Below are positions 36,061 through 38,260 of a DNA stretch of 38,260 bases, piece after piece; position 1 is the stretch's first letter; each line of letters starts with the position of its first letter. Below the pieces are notes generated by a model that saw nothing but the letters and a program-made list of their open reading frames with translations, was not told where the DNA came from and did not search any database. A program made the translations under genes and the position numbers. This stretch comes from Gemmatimonadales bacterium (GTDB taxonomy: Bacteria > Gemmatimonadota > Gemmatimonadetes > Gemmatimonadales > GWC2-71-9): positions 1 to 38,260 of the forward strand of contig JBBQQJ010000003.1 in the NCBI GenBank assembly GCA_038216165.1, written 5' to 3'.

Positions 36061-37125
36061 TTACACCCCGTCGGGGATCCGGTACCGCAGCAGGCGGATC
36101 CCTTCCGGGAACTCCTCCGCCATCAGGATGTGGGTCGCGGTGACGCCGAGGGCGGTGCCGCGACTCGGCACCGTCACCCGCACCACCACTCCGCTCTCGT
36201 CGACCACCTGGAAGGTGCGGATCGAGTCGAGCGCCGGCGCGCTCTTGAAGAGCCAGAGGCGCCCGGCCGTGCCCTCGAAGGCGCGCTCCACCGGCGGCTT
36301 GAAGATGGCGAACTGCACGCCGCGCACTTGGGAGCGATACACCTCCTCGTAGCGCCGCAGCCAGATCTGGCGATCCATCTCGTTGACCGTCAACACCGGA
36401 TCGGGGAGCTTCTTCGATTCGACCGGATCCCCCCCCCCAGGCGGGTACCACTGGACGAAGTTCCAGTGCCGCCGGACGATCCACACCGTCCCGTCGGGTC
36501 GCACGCCCCAGTAATCCCGGCCGGCCAGCGGCATCGCCTCGTAGCGCGCCATCCCCTCGCGATCGACCTTCGCGTGGTCGATCGGTGCCAGCTTCGCGAC
36601 CGTGTCGAAGCGCTCGAGGAGCGCGTCGCCACGGACGATCACGAGCGAGTCGAGGTTGCCGGCGCCGTCCCGACCGGGCGTGGGCGTCAACTCGAAGTAC
36701 CACTGGCCCGCGGCATCGCGCGCCCTGGGGAAGGCGCCCCGCAGCACCTCCGGGGTCGGCATGGCGTCCACCCGCGCGCCGCCGGGGACCCAGCTCGTGA
36801 CCCGACGAAGCGCCCAGTCGCCCACCACCGCGGTGTCGCCGATCCCGAAGAGCACCGTGGCCCCCGGCACGTCCTCGCGGGTCATCCCGGGATAGGGCAG
36901 CACGGTGTCGGCGGCAAAGTCGGCCACGTGAACGGTGCCCTCCACGGGGGCGAGCAGCACCCAGGAGCCATCGGATCGCGGCATGGCGGAGCCGACGTCC
37001 ACCACCGGGGCGATGAGGGTATCGGCCGTCGGTTCCGCGGCGAGGGTCTGGGGCGGCGGAGCGGGTTCCCCGCCGCAGGCCGCGAGGGCGGCCACGGCCA
37101 GCAGGCAACGCGTCAAGTTGGGCAT
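36061..37125 (-). CDS. Hypothetical lipoprotein, probable beta-propeller
   Basis: MPNLTRCLLAVAALAAC lipobox; GDTAVVGD, DYWGVRPDGTVW and GRLWL blades. Confidence 0.75.
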   Translation of the reverse strand: MPNLTRCLLAVAALAACGGEPAPPPQTLAAEPTADTLIAPVVDVGSAMPRSDGSWVLLAPVEGTVHVADFAADTVLPYPGMTREDVPGATVLFGIGDTAVVGDWALRRVTSWVPGGARVDAMPTPEVLRGAFPRARDAAGQWYFELTPTPGRDGAGNLDSLVIVRGDALLERFDTVAKLAPIDHAKVDREGMARYEAMPLAGRDYWGVRPDGTVWIVRRHWNFVQWYPPGGGDPVESKKLPDPVLTVNEMDRQIWLRRYEEVYRSQVRGVQFAIFKPPVERAFEGTAGRLWLFKSAPALDSIRTFQVVDESGVVVRVTVPSRGTALGVTATHILMAEEFPEGIRLLRYRIPDGV

Positions 37126-37159
37126 GTCGGAAGATACCGCGTCGTCCCCTCCGGGGGAG

Positions 37160-38260
37160 TCACTCGAAGGTGGCGCGGAGCCATGCGGCCACGCGGCTGG
37201 CGATCCCGGGTGCAATGCGGCGATCCGGCAGGGCGAGGTACTGCGCCGGGTCGCCGATGCTGTCAGTGAGGAGGAGGTGATTGACGCCGGGGACCCGGAG
37301 ATGGGTCACCGGGGCGCCGCCGCGGCGAAGCGCGGCCACCAGCGTCGTGTCGTCGCCCGGCGGCACCTGCCGGTCGGCCCCGCCGTGCACCACCAGCGCG
37401 GGCATCCGGAGGCGCCGGGCATCGTCCAGCGGGCGGTGACGGAGGAAAGTCCGGAACGGCGGGGACGCCGCTGCGATCCCCGCCACCAGGCGCTCCGCCT
37501 CCCCAACCAGCGAATCCGCGAGGGCGGCCCGACGCGCCGCAGCCGAGTCGCGTACCAGGCGCTCCGCCCCGTAGCGTTGCTGCCAGGCCACCACCGCCGC
37601 GCCCTCGCTCGCGGAGCCGCCGAGCAGGACGAGGGCCCTCAACGCGCGATCCCGGTCGCGTGCGGTGCGCATCGCGACCAGCGCGCCCTCACTGTGGCCG
37701 ACGATCCCGAGCCGGGTGGCGTCCACCTCCGGACGCCGTCCGAGCCAGCGCACCGCGAGATCGGCATCGCGCACCAGCGCATCGAGCGCGAAGCCCTCGT
37801 AGGCGCCACTCGATGCGCCCACGCCGCGATCATCCAGCCGGAGCGACCCGATGCCGACGCGCGCCAGCGCGTCGGCGAGCTCCCGCAGGGGGCGATAGCC
37901 GCTCATGGAGCGGCCGTCACGATCCTGCGCCCCAGAACCCGAGAGGAGCAGCACCGCTGGAACGGGCCTGGTGGCGGCCAGCGGCAGCGTGAGCGTGCCA
38001 CCGAGCCAGGTGCCGTCGCGTGAGGTGAGCCGCACCTCCTGGGCGCGGTACGGTGCTCCTGGGGGGGGGGAATAGTCGGTCGGCTCGCTCGGCCACGGCG
38101 CATCCGCCTCGGCATCGGGCAGGCGCACGTAGCGCAGGCCGAGCCAGGCGGAGGAGGGCGCCGCGCCGCTGATGAGGCCGGCATCATCGAGGGCCACGTC
38201 GACCTGCTGGGCCGCCACGTAGGCCCGCAGCGAGTCCACCCCGCGGGCATAGAACGCCAG
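37160..38260 (-). CDS. Alpha/beta hydrolase (S9/Hydrolase_4-like), 5' end outside the window
   Basis: GTLTLP, SGSGAQDRDG, LRLDDRGVGAS, GHSEG nucleophile, GGADRQVP and NHL motifs. Confidence 0.9.
   Translation of the reverse strand: MAFYARGVDSLRAYVAAQQVDVALDDAGLISGAAPSSAWLGLRYVRLPDAEADAPWPSEPTDYSPPPGAPYRAQEVRLTSRDGTWLGGTLTLPLAATRPVPAVLLLSGSGAQDRDGRSMSGYRPLRELADALARVGIGSLRLDDRGVGASSGAYEGFALDALVRDADLAVRWLGRRPEVDATRLGIVGHSEGALVAMRTARDRDRALRALVLLGGSASEGAAVVAWQQRYGAERLVRDSAAARRAALADSLVGEAERLVAGIAAASPPFRTFLRHRPLDDARRLRMPALVVHGGADRQVPPGDDTTLVAALRRGGAPVTHLRVPGVNHLLLTDSIGDPAQYLALPDRRIAPGIASRVAAWLRATFE

Overview
High-GC bacterial chromosomal window; the gene content suggests Gemmatimonadota, which is my inference and not verified. 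Most of it is housekeeping and metabolic genes: deaD, ltaE, queG, type II NADH dehydrogenase, class V aminotransferase, LOG, MFS, osmC, malic enzyme, thyX, thiolase/3-hydroxyacyl-CoA dehydrogenase, RNase HI, amidohydrolase, Zn-dependent dehydrogenase, MscS-like protein and an alpha/beta hydrolase. Two regions stand out. (1) At 2198-4950, between convergent deaD and ltaE, four co-oriented palindromic elements (114 bp; one is 137 bp with an insert) alternate with three single co-oriented cargo genes, like a cassette array. The element arms carry a covarying GA/GA + GNA-triloop DNA hairpin, the block is bracketed by inverted (AAAGAGAG)n tracts, and no recombinase or transposase is encoded in the window. 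(2) At 14684-21490 there is a metal-homeostasis cluster: a CsoR-controlled copZ-microprotein-copA-csoR operon, plus a TonB-dependent receptor preceded by a Cys/His-containing leader protein ending in the RAPP ribosome-arrest motif. Other oddities are an RNase HI with a rearranged active site that apparently needs a CTG start, a second candidate CTG start, about seven probable leaderless genes, a zinc-ribbon gene frameshifted at a G11 run, and a histone H1-like repeat protein. No rRNA, tRNA, CRISPR array or transposase was recognised. All calls come from reading motifs by eye; no searches were run.
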